NCBI GenBank assembly: GCA_963847185.1 | Contig: CAWJYV010000007.1 | Location: forward strand, 480,001 to 544,000 | Origin: an uncultured Methanosarcinaceae archaeon | GTDB taxonomy: Archaea; Halobacteriota; Methanosarcinia; Methanosarcinales; Methanosarcinaceae | Reading direction: 5' to 3' | DNA length: 64,000 bases | In this document: piece by piece, positions 30,870 to 41,206 of the stretch | How the letters are laid out: each line of letters begins with the position of its first letter | Numbering within the stretch: position 1 is the stretch's first letter | The notes under the pieces: generated by a model | Database searches by the model: none | What the model was told of the DNA's origin: nothing | What the model saw: only the letters and a program-made list of their open reading frames with translations | Made by a program: the position numbers and the translations under genes

Positions 30870-32798
30870 TCAGTTAATTGAAATCCCGGGGGTGCAGACT
30901 CCTACAAAGGTTATCTTTGTTTCCATTGGGGTCTGCTTCCAGCCTGGAGGAGAAAGGTACTTTACACTCGTGTCTATTTTTATTGAATCTTCCGAAAGAC
31001 CGAAATCTTTCATTGAATCGAGGATAAGCTCTTCACCTGTTTTGTAGGAGTATTCTATTGCTGTTCTGTACTGCTCAAATTTCTTCCTCCCAACCGGAGT
31101 GAACACCAGGAATTTTTGATCTGGGTTTTCCATTGAGTAAGGCCTGATAGTTATCTCAATCCTTTTAATTCCTTTTCCTACGAGAGCTCCAACTGCATTT
31201 CCTACTCTTGCCTGCTCAGGGACTATAACTTCTGCATCAATCAGACCTTTCAGCTCTTCGTAGTAAGCTTTTACCGGTCCTCCTAGCAGAACTATAGGAA
31301 TGTTTACCTTGTACTGGACAGGGATCTCTTCTTCCAGCATCTTTTTTATTCCGTCTTTCCCTCTCCCTTCCATCATAAAAGACATCAAGCCGTAAGCCAT
31401 ATTTTTCGCAACCTGATGCTTTACTCTCTTGCAGAAGGCATGGACGCCCATATGTGTAAAACGTGAAAGTTTTCTCGCTCCTATCTGAGCGGCTTCTACA
31501 TCCCATTCAGTATATTCTCCCAATACGTGCAGGGCATCCGTAGGTGTGAAACCTATCGCCTGGATTACTCTCTGCTGAATCAGTGAGTCCATAACTGCAG
31601 GAGAGGGGAAACGCTTCGTTTTGTTTAAAATATCGTGGATAGAAAGGGGTTCATCCCCTATAAATTTTAACAACTTTTTCTCATTTTCTGTGGGGTCGAT
31701 GGGTACTATCCCGGTACTGACAAAGAATTTGGTGGGCTGAATATGTTCATTAAGCATGGTCCTCAGGGGGACAGGATTCTTCTCCAGTTTTTCCTTGAAA
31801 TTAGGGTATTTCACTGCAGCATAACAGAGGGGCATTACCCTTCTCGGGCCGATGCGCGTACATTTTTTGAACCATACATGGCTATCTCCACCGTTTGCGG
31901 AACTTTCCATCTTTATGGCCTTTACACGGGTTTGCCAGCCTCCGACAATTGCTCCTTTCTCACAAAGCTCGGGAACTCCTTTTTTTATAATGGAAATATC
32001 CGTGCTCGTCCCTCCTACATCTATTACAGCGCAGGTATCCAGTCCTGAAAGGTGAGAAGCCCCCATGATACTTGCCGCAGGGCCTGAAAATATGGTTTCA
32101 ATAGGGCGCAATTTTGCTCCTTTTATATCAATGACTGAACCATCACATTTCAACATAAGGATTTTTGCTTCAAGATTTCTTTCCTTAATCTCACTTATTA
32201 TGGAATTGATAAACTGATAGGTTATGGGAATAAGCTGCGCATTTAAAACTGCGGTTGCTGCTCTTTCATAGGCCCCCAGTTCCTGGGAGAGTTCATGTCC
32301 GCAGACCACAGGATGCCCTGTCAATTTAAGGATTATTTTCTTAATTTTAAGCTCATGTTCCGGATTTCTGGTACTGAAATAGGAAGACACAGCAAATGCA
32401 GAGACTTTCTTTTTCAGGCTCACTGCAAATTGTTCTACAGCGGTGATATCCAGAGGTTCCAGTTCATCTCCGTTGTTGTCATGTCCTCCTCTAACAGTAA
32501 TGCAATAGTCGGCCGGAAGTTCTCTTGGGATAGTATAGTCCCCTACAAGAATCAGGCCAACAGGATATCCTGTTCTTTCGAGAATCGTGTTTGTTGAAAG
32601 AGTTGTTGATACCGATACCAGTTTTACTTTGCTCAGGTATTCAGGATTTAATTTATCAATTGCATTTCGAATCCCGGTCATAAGGTTTGGATAGGTAGTA
32701 ATTGCTTTGCTAGTATCAAGGATCCGACTGTCCGAATCTCTCAATATTACAGCATCGGTATAGGTACCACCTGCATCAATACCCAGACTATATTGCAT
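30870..32798 (-). CDS. Hydantoinase/oxoprolinase A-family (ASKHA ATPase) protein, copy 2
   Basis: LGIDAGGTYTDAV, STTLSTN, SGPAAS, DVGGTSTD, TPTDALHV, NAVGA. Confidence 0.88.
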   Translation of the reverse strand: MQYSLGIDAGGTYTDAVILRDSDSRILDTSKAITTYPNLMTGIRNAIDKLNPEYLSKVKLVSVSTTLSTNTILERTGYPVGLILVGDYTIPRELPADYCITVRGGHDNNGDELEPLDITAVEQFAVSLKKKVSAFAVSSYFSTRNPEHELKIKKIILKLTGHPVVCGHELSQELGAYERAATAVLNAQLIPITYQFINSIISEIKERNLEAKILMLKCDGSVIDIKGAKLRPIETIFSGPAASIMGASHLSGLDTCAVIDVGGTSTDISIIKKGVPELCEKGAIVGGWQTRVKAIKMESSANGGDSHVWFKKCTRIGPRRVMPLCYAAVKYPNFKEKLEKNPVPLRTMLNEHIQPTKFFVSTGIVPIDPTENEKKLLKFIGDEPLSIHDILNKTKRFPSPAVMDSLIQQRVIQAIGFTPTDALHVLGEYTEWDVEAAQIGARKLSRFTHMGVHAFCKRVKHQVAKNMAYGLMSFMMEGRGKDGIKKMLEEEIPVQYKVNIPIVLLGGPVKAYYEELKGLIDAEVIVPEQARVGNAVGALVGKGIKRIEITIRPYSMENPDQKFLVFTPVGRKKFEQYRTAIEYSYKTGEELILDSMKDFGLSEDSIKIDTSVKYLSPPGWKQTPMETKITFVGVCTPGISIN

Positions 32799-32946
32799 GT
32801 CAAAACAGCCCCATTTTTATTTTATATCGGGAAATTTATACCCTTTTTTTAGCTGTATATATCCCTTTTTATCCAGATTTTTGAAATTATACATCAAGTC
32901 TTATTATAACCTGCAGCTACTGACATCTCGATCCGTCTTTCTTCTT

Positions 32947-34953
32947 TCACATAATTGTTTTTTTCGGGATCCCTACGCCTACAAAAACAAGTTTTGTTTC
33001 GAGAGGTGTATCTGTCCAGCCACTGGGTGCCAGATGTTTTCTGCTCACATCTATTCTTATGTCCTCTTTCCCAAGCCCTGCACTGATCATGTAATCCATA
33101 ACTAGTTGCTTTCCGAGATTCTCTGCGTATTCGAGCGCTTCGCTATATGCATCAAATTTCTTCCTTTCAGAAGGAGAAAAGACAATAAATTCTTTTTTAT
33201 TTTCACCCTGCAAAACAGCTTCTACAACGCAGCTTTCATGAGCTTCTGGATCTACACTTTCAATTTCAGACTCGCGAGATTTAGGAATAATCCTTGTTTT
33301 TATTAGAATCTCCACTCTTTTTATTCCTTTCCCCATAAGAGCGCCTACGGCATTACCTACATCGGCATGTTCAGGAACTATGAAATCTGCATTAATAAGT
33401 TTCCTCAGATCCTCACCATATGCTTTTACAGGCCCTCCGAGGAGAACCACGGGAATTTCTACTCCAATACGGGTGAAATTTTTTCCCATAAGAACCCTGT
33501 CAATCTCACTCCTGGGCATTCCTTCTATAAGATAAGCAATCAAATCTTCTGCAATATTGCGTGCAACTCTGTTTTTTACTTCCGCACTAAACGCTTCAGG
33601 GCTTTGCTTAAACGCTCTTCCAAGCATGGAAGCTCCTATTTTTGCGGCTTCAGCATCCCACTCAGTATATTCTCCAAGCACGTGAAGGGCATCTGTAGGT
33701 GTAAAACCAATTGCCTGAATAAGCCTCTTCTGGATCAATGAGTCCAGCATTGAAGGGGATGGGCGTTTTTTCAGCGCCACTAGCAGGTCACCAAAAGAAG
33801 CAGGTTCATTTCCTATTTGTCGGTAGATTTCCTTCTCGCCTACCTTCAGTTCAATAGGTCTGAAGCTTGTCCTTACAAAGAATTTCGTCAACTGAATATT
33901 TTCGCAAAGGTACCCCTTTGCTACTTTGTTATGTTTCAATTTATCCCTGAAACCAGGATATATAGCAGAAGCCCTGCAGAGGGGGATAACCCTGCGGGGA
34001 CCCACATAAACTCTGTCACCTTTTATCCACACGTGACTATCTCCGCCAGTTGCTGAAGTTTCCATGCGAATGGCTTTTACACGGGTCTGCCAGCCTCCTA
34101 CAACGGCGCCCGAGTTGCTGAGCTGCGGGAGCCCGCTCTGCATCATGGCTACATCAGTACTCGTGCCTCCAACATCAATAACGGCACAGGTACTGAGCCT
34201 GCTCAGGTGAGAAGCCCCCACAAGACTCGCGGCAGGTCCTGAAAATATTGTTTCAATTGGTTTTTCCAGAGCTTCTTCTATTCCTACAACCGACCCATCA
34301 CATTTTAACATCAGCAGATTTGCATTAATTCCTCTTATTTCAAATTCTTCGATTATTGACTGGATGAACTTATGAGTAATGGGAATTAGCTGGGCATTCA
34401 GAAATGCAGTTATAGCCCTTTCATAGGCTCCAAGATCCTGGGAAAGTTCATGCCCGCAAACTACAGGATGACCTGTCAGTTCTTTTATAGCTATTTTGAC
34501 AGCAAGCTCATGCTCAGGGTTACGGTTACTAAAATATGAAGAAACCGCAAAAGCTGAAACTTTATCTTTTACCCTGGAAGCAAATTTTTCCACAGAATCG
34601 AGATCAAGGGTTTTTAGTTCTTCGCCGTCACTATTATGCCCGCCAGAGACAGCTATCCAGTATTCCGTAGGGAGTCTTTCAGGAATGACATAGTCCCCTA
34701 CCATTATTAACCCCACCGGAAAGCCGGTACTTTCGAGAATTGTATTTGTAGACAGAGTAGTAGATACGGATACAAGATGGATATCTTTAAGGTATCTAGG
34801 ATCAACCTTGTCAATAGCATTTTTAATTCCTTCAAGAGGATCTGGATAGGTGGTAAGGGCTTTGCTGGACTCTATCACCTCTCCATCAGAATCTCTTACA
34901 ACCACAGCATCAGTGTAAGTGCCACCTGCGTCTATTCCAAGACTAAAATGCAT
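32947..34953 (-). CDS. Hydantoinase/oxoprolinase A-family protein, copy 1
   Basis: Same motifs; tandem paralog of 30870-32798. Confidence 0.88.
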   Translation of the reverse strand: MHFSLGIDAGGTYTDAVVVRDSDGEVIESSKALTTYPDPLEGIKNAIDKVDPRYLKDIHLVSVSTTLSTNTILESTGFPVGLIMVGDYVIPERLPTEYWIAVSGGHNSDGEELKTLDLDSVEKFASRVKDKVSAFAVSSYFSNRNPEHELAVKIAIKELTGHPVVCGHELSQDLGAYERAITAFLNAQLIPITHKFIQSIIEEFEIRGINANLLMLKCDGSVVGIEEALEKPIETIFSGPAASLVGASHLSRLSTCAVIDVGGTSTDVAMMQSGLPQLSNSGAVVGGWQTRVKAIRMETSATGGDSHVWIKGDRVYVGPRRVIPLCRASAIYPGFRDKLKHNKVAKGYLCENIQLTKFFVRTSFRPIELKVGEKEIYRQIGNEPASFGDLLVALKKRPSPSMLDSLIQKRLIQAIGFTPTDALHVLGEYTEWDAEAAKIGASMLGRAFKQSPEAFSAEVKNRVARNIAEDLIAYLIEGMPRSEIDRVLMGKNFTRIGVEIPVVLLGGPVKAYGEDLRKLINADFIVPEHADVGNAVGALMGKGIKRVEILIKTRIIPKSRESEIESVDPEAHESCVVEAVLQGENKKEFIVFSPSERKKFDAYSEALEYAENLGKQLVMDYMISAGLGKEDIRIDVSRKHLAPSGWTDTPLETKLVFVGVGIPKKTIM

Positions 34954-35141
34954 TTTTTTACTAACCTCTTTGCGAATTGGATATAAGTTCCTGTTATTTC
35001 TGTATTATAACCAACATCTGTATTGTGACCGATATATGCTGAAAATTGATATTCGGAATGGGTGAGTCCCGGTATTGATTAACTGTTATTTGGGTAAGAC
35101 TGAATAGTTGTTAAACATGTAGTAGTTAAATGGATATCTAT

Positions 35142-35192
35142 AAGACTAAATCTTATCGAAAACTAAATCTTATCGAAGACTAAATCTTATCG
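35142..35192. repeat. 17-bp tandem repeat x3
   Basis: aa(g/a)actaaatcttatcg three times. Confidence 0.85.
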
Positions 35193-35241
35193 AAAGTGAA
35201 TTTGTATCCTGAGATTCATTCTCTGGCTGATTTCCTAACAC

Positions 35242-35316
<75 letters not shown>

Positions 35317-35322
35317 CTGTTT

Positions 35323-36291
35323 TCACATTTTTATTGGTGTTTTTCTCTTTCCCTCTTCAGATGGCGTATTCCTATTATGGAGTGTGAGGGTTTTTAAGGT
35401 ATCAGGTTCCACTTTTATAAGAGTATATGCATCTTCCCCAAATGCCGCTTTCAATTTTTGTTCTACAATGTCTGTGATTTTTGCAGCATCCTGAATACTC
35501 AGGGAATTGTCCACACTGATACAGGCATTAATAGCTATTCCTTTTCCTATCTTCCGGGTTTTAAGTTCTTTGGACTCAGTTACCCCTTCAATTCCATTTA
35601 TTATTTCCCTGATTTTACAGTTCGTCTCTTCATCAAGGGAAGCTTCTATAAGCTCATTTACAGTGCCATAGAAAAGGTTGCCTGATGCCAAGAGGAGATA
35701 AAGACTCAAAATAACAGATGCAAATGAATCAGCAATATGCGTATATCTTCCTGAAAGGAATGTACATCCTATGCCAAGAATAACAAAACCGGAAACGAAT
35801 AATTCTTTTATATGTGGATAACCTTCTGAAGAGATATCCATAGTTTTTAATTCCGTAATTTTTTTATCCCCTATAACTATAAAAATGATATCTTTTAAAA
35901 CGAAGGTTAAAACTACTGCAAAGAGTGCAATTAATTCTGGTGTTTTTAATTCTTTGCCCTGTATATACATAAGAAGTTGCTCTGAACCCATATAAAGGAT
36001 GTAAAGACATGCACAGAGAATTATAGACGCTCCTGCCCCTCTACAGAGAGTCTCAATCTTTCCATGTCCATAATTATGGCTTTTATCTTCAGGTTTATCT
36101 TCAATAGAAATGTTCAGTATCTTTATACATTCGTTGATAAATTCTGAGAAAGAACGAACCGCATCGGCAAGGAGTAATGTACTGTTCCCTAAAAATCCCG
36201 CCAGTAATTTGAAAAAAGTGAGTAAAAAACTAAGAGCAACTTTTGTGTATGATATGTTTCGGGATTTGCCCGATTTTTTGTCCGCTTTCAT
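35323..36291 (-). CDS. Cation diffusion facilitator (CDF/FieF-like) with atypical metal site
   Basis: KLLAGFLGNS..LLADA, PED.SHNYGHGKIE, C-terminal ZT-dimer region ending IKVEP. Confidence 0.8.
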   Translation of the reverse strand: MKADKKSGKSRNISYTKVALSFLLTFFKLLAGFLGNSTLLLADAVRSFSEFINECIKILNISIEDKPEDKSHNYGHGKIETLCRGAGASIILCACLYILYMGSEQLLMYIQGKELKTPELIALFAVVLTFVLKDIIFIVIGDKKITELKTMDISSEGYPHIKELFVSGFVILGIGCTFLSGRYTHIADSFASVILSLYLLLASGNLFYGTVNELIEASLDEETNCKIREIINGIEGVTESKELKTRKIGKGIAINACISVDNSLSIQDAAKITDIVEQKLKAAFGEDAYTLIKVEPDTLKTLTLHNRNTPSEEGKRKTPIKM

Positions 36292-36589
36292 TCGAAGTTC
36301 ACCTTCTATATATTTTCTGGTCCTCCTTCGTAAAGCGAACCTTTTCGAAACCGGTCCGATAAAACAAAAACGGCGTTAATCCAAAAATAAAAAGTTTTCA
36401 AGTCCTATAATCGAAGAGAGTTGAATAAATGAAAACACAGATTTGAAACCTGCGTTTTCACTAGCTGATATTCATTTGGGCTATCTTTTATGTTTTTGCC
36501 CTTTCGTTTTTATGGTTTTCTTATAGGTCGTTAGATTGGCGAAGGTTTCTCACCAGATTTGCGGGTGTAATGTTGTCATTACTTTTTCT

Positions 36590-37174
36590 TCAGATCGGAA
36601 GAATTGTTTTCCCATGGATTTCATTCATTACCATGGCTAAAGCTGTATACAGAGATCCGAGGCCCATAATAAGTCCTACGTATCCGGCTATTACAAGTAG
36701 TCCTGCATTCCCGGTTGCATTTACAACGGCAAGCAGCATAAATAATATAAATAATGTCACAAATACGAACTGAAGAGCTTTAACTCCGATTTTCATTGTA
36801 ATAAGCAACATAACAAAAGTGTACGCACCCCAGATGAAGAGATATGCAGCCATTGCAGTTCCAGAAGAGGCTTCAGCCCAACCGATTGCGGGCATGATGA
36901 TCAGTCCGGCCAGTGAGAACCAGAAGAGGCCGAAAGCTGAAAATGCAGTCCCTGCAAAGACATCTCCTTTTTTCCAGGCCATGATTCCTGCAAATACCTG
37001 TGCGAATCCTCCTAAGAATATTGCCATAGAGACAATCATAGATTCAACAGGGTATACGCCGATGTAACTAAGACTCAACAGGACTGCAGAAAGACCCAGG
37101 CCAGTAAAACCAAGTGGGGCAGGGTTTGCGGTCTTGTCGATTATTTCGGTAGTGGTTCCTGCGTTTTCGCTCAT
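36590..37174 (-). CDS. satP: Acetate uptake transporter, GPR1/FUN34/YaaH (SatP) family
   Basis: ANPAPLG signature, GG.AQ..AG, F..FG.FW; six TM helices. Confidence 0.88.
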   Translation of the reverse strand: MSENAGTTTEIIDKTANPAPLGFTGLGLSAVLLSLSYIGVYPVESMIVSMAIFLGGFAQVFAGIMAWKKGDVFAGTAFSAFGLFWFSLAGLIIMPAIGWAEASSGTAMAAYLFIWGAYTFVMLLITMKIGVKALQFVFVTLFILFMLLAVVNATGNAGLLVIAGYVGLIMGLGSLYTALAMVMNEIHGKTILPI

Positions 37175-37228
37175 TTTTTATCCCCTGAAGCCATTTAATT
37201 TAAAAAAATAAAAAAAGAAGTTTAGGGC

Positions 37229-38614
37229 TTAAAGCCCGTAGTTTTCAGGTCTGAAAACTGCAACTTCTTGTTTGAATTTGGTCAAGTTGTCGCTCATGAA
37301 CTTGTCTGCATCGTCAGTGAGGGCTTCAAGGTCAGCTTTAACCTTTGCAAGAGCATTGGTTTCGAACCTTGTGAGTCTGAGTTTGCCGGAGTTGGCTCCC
37401 TCTTCGACAATCTTACAGCATTCGATTGCTGCATTCTTGGAACGGAGGTAGTTGTTGGTTCCGTCCTTTGCGATTGCCTGTCCTACCTTGTAGGCGTTGT
37501 CGTATGCAAGCACATAGCCCTGTGGGTCTCTGTATTTGTCAGAGAGCACGAGAATGTCCCTGAGGTCTTTTGCTTTGCCGGTCTTGAGTGCAACGTTCAT
37601 CATGGAACAGTCGTATGCAAGGGTTTCGGACCAGCACTGAACTGTGGTACCACCGAATTCACCGTGGTATTCAACAGACTCGTTGGACCAGAGGTCACAG
37701 CACTGCATGACAAGGTTACCCATCAGGTCAGAGTGGGCACAGGTTGAGGTCTTACCTTCCTGGGTGATTGGGACACCAGCAACGGACTTTATGATGGAGT
37801 TTTCGTAACCACAGTCTTTTCCAGGGCCTACTGCGCCTGCTTCATATGCACAGAGGGACCTTGCTGCAGAGATTGCTCTTGCAACGATTGCAGTTGTGTG
37901 GGCCAGGTTCTTGTCAAGCAGACCGCCTGCAATGAACATTGCAGTGTTTGCCTGAGCACAGTCTGTGTCACCAGCTGCAACAGTTCCGGTTCTCTTTGCG
38001 ACTGCTGCAATGTCTTTCCAGACCATTTCCATGTCCATGCTGCCGAGCACACCGATACCGAAGAGGATACCTGCAGTGTCGTTTCTCAGAATGGAGTAGT
38101 CGAATACTTCCTTACCACCCATGCTCTCTACTGAAAGCAGGTCAGCACCGTTCTTGGCGACTTCTTCGAAGGCTTCCATGAAGGTGTTGTATTTGTCTCC
38201 TCTGAGCTGGAGGTAGTCACGGTCTTCACGGATGTCACCAATTGTGTGGCGAAGTGCGCACTTTATGCCGTATTCATCGTGGTATTCTTCCATGATGGTC
38301 TTCTGGGCGTGTGCAACAGCTCCTCCCCAGGCGGGGTGGTTGGACATCTGCTGGACGTGTTCTGTTTCGAGTACGACTGAAGGAGCTCCGATCTGAACCA
38401 TTCTTGCCATGATGTCAGTGGTGATCCTTTCGTATTCTTTTACGAGTTTGTCTTTAGATTTGCCTGCCTCAGGTCTTGGAGCATAGTTAACTTCAGGGGA
38501 TGTGTAACCTGCACCAATCTCGAGTCCGAGGCCTGCCTTTACTGGGAATTTTGAGTTACCAAAAATAAGTTCATCTGCGCTAGCGTAAGCCATTGAAGTG
38601 TATTTCTTTACCAT
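37229..38614 (-). CDS. mtaB: Methanol:corrinoid methyltransferase MtaB (probably isozyme 2)
   Basis: PEVNYAPRP, ESMGGKE, GDTDCAQANTAM, GPGKDCGYE, EGKTSTCAHSD, WSNESVEYH. Confidence 0.96.
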   Translation of the reverse strand: MVKKYTSMAYASADELIFGNSKFPVKAGLGLEIGAGYTSPEVNYAPRPEAGKSKDKLVKEYERITTDIMARMVQIGAPSVVLETEHVQQMSNHPAWGGAVAHAQKTIMEEYHDEYGIKCALRHTIGDIREDRDYLQLRGDKYNTFMEAFEEVAKNGADLLSVESMGGKEVFDYSILRNDTAGILFGIGVLGSMDMEMVWKDIAAVAKRTGTVAAGDTDCAQANTAMFIAGGLLDKNLAHTTAIVARAISAARSLCAYEAGAVGPGKDCGYENSIIKSVAGVPITQEGKTSTCAHSDLMGNLVMQCCDLWSNESVEYHGEFGGTTVQCWSETLAYDCSMMNVALKTGKAKDLRDILVLSDKYRDPQGYVLAYDNAYKVGQAIAKDGTNNYLRSKNAAIECCKIVEEGANSGKLRLTRFETNALAKVKADLEALTDDADKFMSDNLTKFKQEVAVFRPENYGL

Positions 38615-38626
38615 TTTGCTTCCTCC

Positions 38627-39403
38627 TTAGTGCTTGTGGAATTCCTCTCTTAAGGCCGCGATATCTTTGATGCCTGAAACGATTGCGTCAGCAATCTTGG
38701 GGGCATCTGCAGCTTCTTCACCGTATACACCAAGGTCATACTGGGATACGAAGTCCTGGTTAACTGCTCCGCCACCACATGCGAATGGGACTTTTATTCC
38801 CTTCTCAAGGAGTTTGTCGTTAACTTCCTTGAATGCATACATTGTGGTTGTCATGAGGGCAGTACCTGTGACCAGGATTGGCTTCTCTTTTACAACTGCA
38901 GTGATAACTTCGTCCACTGGAACATCTCTTCCAAGGTCAACTACATCATAGCCGTTTGCTCTCAGGAGGGCAACAACAATGTTCTTTCCGATGTCATGGA
39001 CGTCACCTTCTGCAACGTGGCAGACGACTTTGCCCTTTGATTCGGGAACTTCTGTTGTCTTGGTTTTGCAGTAGTCGATACCTGCCAGCATTGCGTCAGC
39101 AGACATCATAACGTTAGGGAGGAAAATGATACCATCATCGTAGAGTCTGGTGACAACTCCCATACCTATCATAAGGGCATTGTCAATAAGGTCGATTGGC
39201 TTTTTGCCTGCGTCGATTGCTGCCTGGAGTGCGTCAACGACGTCATCTTCTTCACCCTCGTAGATTGCTTTTGCAATTGGGTAAACGAGTTCATCCTTCG
39301 GGTAAAGCTCTTCTGCGGCTTCGTCAGGTGTCATTTCCTTTTCGAGGGCGACGTTGTAGCGTACTAATATGCCATCGATGTCTTCCAGTTTAAAATCCAA
39401 CAT
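38627..39403 (-). CDS. mtaC: Methanol-specific corrinoid protein MtaC
   Basis: B12 motif EGDVHDIGKNIV, DLGRDVP, GTALMTTT, CGGGAV; directly upstream of mtaB; ggagg RBS. Confidence 0.96.
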   Translation of the reverse strand: MLDFKLEDIDGILVRYNVALEKEMTPDEAAEELYPKDELVYPIAKAIYEGEEDDVVDALQAAIDAGKKPIDLIDNALMIGMGVVTRLYDDGIIFLPNVMMSADAMLAGIDYCKTKTTEVPESKGKVVCHVAEGDVHDIGKNIVVALLRANGYDVVDLGRDVPVDEVITAVVKEKPILVTGTALMTTTMYAFKEVNDKLLEKGIKVPFACGGGAVNQDFVSQYDLGVYGEEAADAPKIADAIVSGIKDIAALREEFHKH

Positions 39404-39470
39404 ATTTTAACCTCCATTTAGTAAAAAGGATCCAGATTGCTCAGATCTTTGATCCCTCAAGTTACATTTC

Positions 39471-39646
39471 CCTGGAGTTCCAGACATAATTTTTGCAGGA
39501 TACTGAATGCAACGAGAATGAACTCGAAAACCTCCATAATCGAATTCATCCCATAACCTGGAGTTTCCAAGCATAATTTTGCCAGATACTTCTCTAATAC
39601 AATGAGAATGAACTCGAAAACCTCCATAATCGAATTAGTCTCATTG
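39471..39646 (-). repeat. Imperfect ~90-bp direct repeat x2 in the mtaC leader; each copy contains a hairpin with a GGAGG loop
   Basis: Identical core gagaatgaactcgaaaacctccataatcgaatt at 39514-39546 and 39604-39636, each preceded by cctggagtt..cataatttt. Confidence 0.85.
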
Positions 39647-41206
39647 TGGGGGATTTGGATAACTTCTTGGTGATGTACTTATCAGCTAGCAGCTAAAAAT
39701 TAAGTCATTTTTTCGTTTTTCTGTTTTCTACTGCTTGCGGATTTTCTCTTCCCAGTTAGTTAAGAGATGTACTCACTTTTGTATCCGGGAACGAACTTGC
39801 AAGTCAAAATTATATTTACTTGCTTATACCTTCACCGATGCTAATTTTTGCGCCACTATAATTTTATAATTATCCCTTCAATTTTCTCTGCAAATGATTT
39901 TATAAAAAAGAATTCTTTTTTTGTTGTCATTGTTCTAATCAATGGCATCAAAATTTATACGGTAATTGTCCTGTTTTCTGGGAATTGTTTGCTTGCAGAG
40001 TATGGATATATAGCAGGCTTTTGTTTGAGCTTTAGAGGTTATCAAGTTGATTTGCTTTTAGAGGGAATTTAAAGCTGGCAAAATAAGATTCTTGTGCTAC
40101 TTTTTTTTGAAGCACACAAGTAATGTGAATATCCCTCTCCATTTTCTCCGGAATTCTAAGGATTTCCTGTTTCTTCCGAAAAAAGGATGAAAGTTTTCAA
40201 AACTCAGTTGTTTTAATTTTTCTCTGAGTTTATTTCAGTCCTAATTTTGCCGTTTTTTATTCAATTTTGTGGCAGAGCCGAATTTTTCCCCCAGTAAGTT
40301 TTCATGTCTCTGTCTTAATTTCTTTCTTGGATAAACTTCCGAGCACCTGTCTGGAGTTACATTGTTACATTGAAGCCACGTTCTTCTGGAAGTTTGAAAA
40401 AGAACTCTATCTTTCTACCTTAGAAGTTCTTTTCGGATAAATATCGATGATTATTTTAATCTATATAAGGTTTATGTATGTCAGGACATGACTGTCCTCA
40501 ACCGGAAATAACTTTCCTTCAGAAGTCTCTTTTCGTAAGATGGTATTACTCTTGCCTTAGCACTCCCGTGCGCGCTCCCGTCTTTTTTTTCGAAAGTACT
40601 GCTTCTGTTCTCCAGCTGTTTTCCTATTGCCAGATTCATAGTTTCAGTGAGTTATTATTTTGTTATTGATGTCACCTCAGCTAGTGCCTCTGACCCTGGA
40701 AATGAGTTCATTTCTCTTTTAAGAACTCTGTGTTGGTCTTTTTGTGTGCTGAAGTACACTGCAATTTACAGTTTTTCCTTTTTGGGTACTAATCCAGGGT
40801 GCTCTATATAATAGTATCAAGGATTTAGACATCAGACTTAAGCGATGGCAAGATTTCTCAGGATATATTCATGCTGATTCTACGAAGGATGCACAGACGT
40901 TTGTAATCTTCTCTAGACTATTTCGTATACCTGAGAGGGTATTCCTCGTAACTCTCGTGAATAATTCAATGAACTGATCCAGTTGAACTTGTCCAATATT
41001 ATATAGATTGCTCACTAAAATCCATTTTAAAAATAGCTGACATAGAAATATTTCCTGGTAAAATTAACGGGAAATTTGTGGAAGCTTTGAAAGAAGAGTT
41101 TTCAGGATAATCAATGAAGATTTGCTGGAGCTTTGAAAAAATTTTAGAAAATGGTGTTTAAGGGAAATATCTCACTTTAAGCACCTTTTCCTTTCGTCTC
41201 ATTCTT

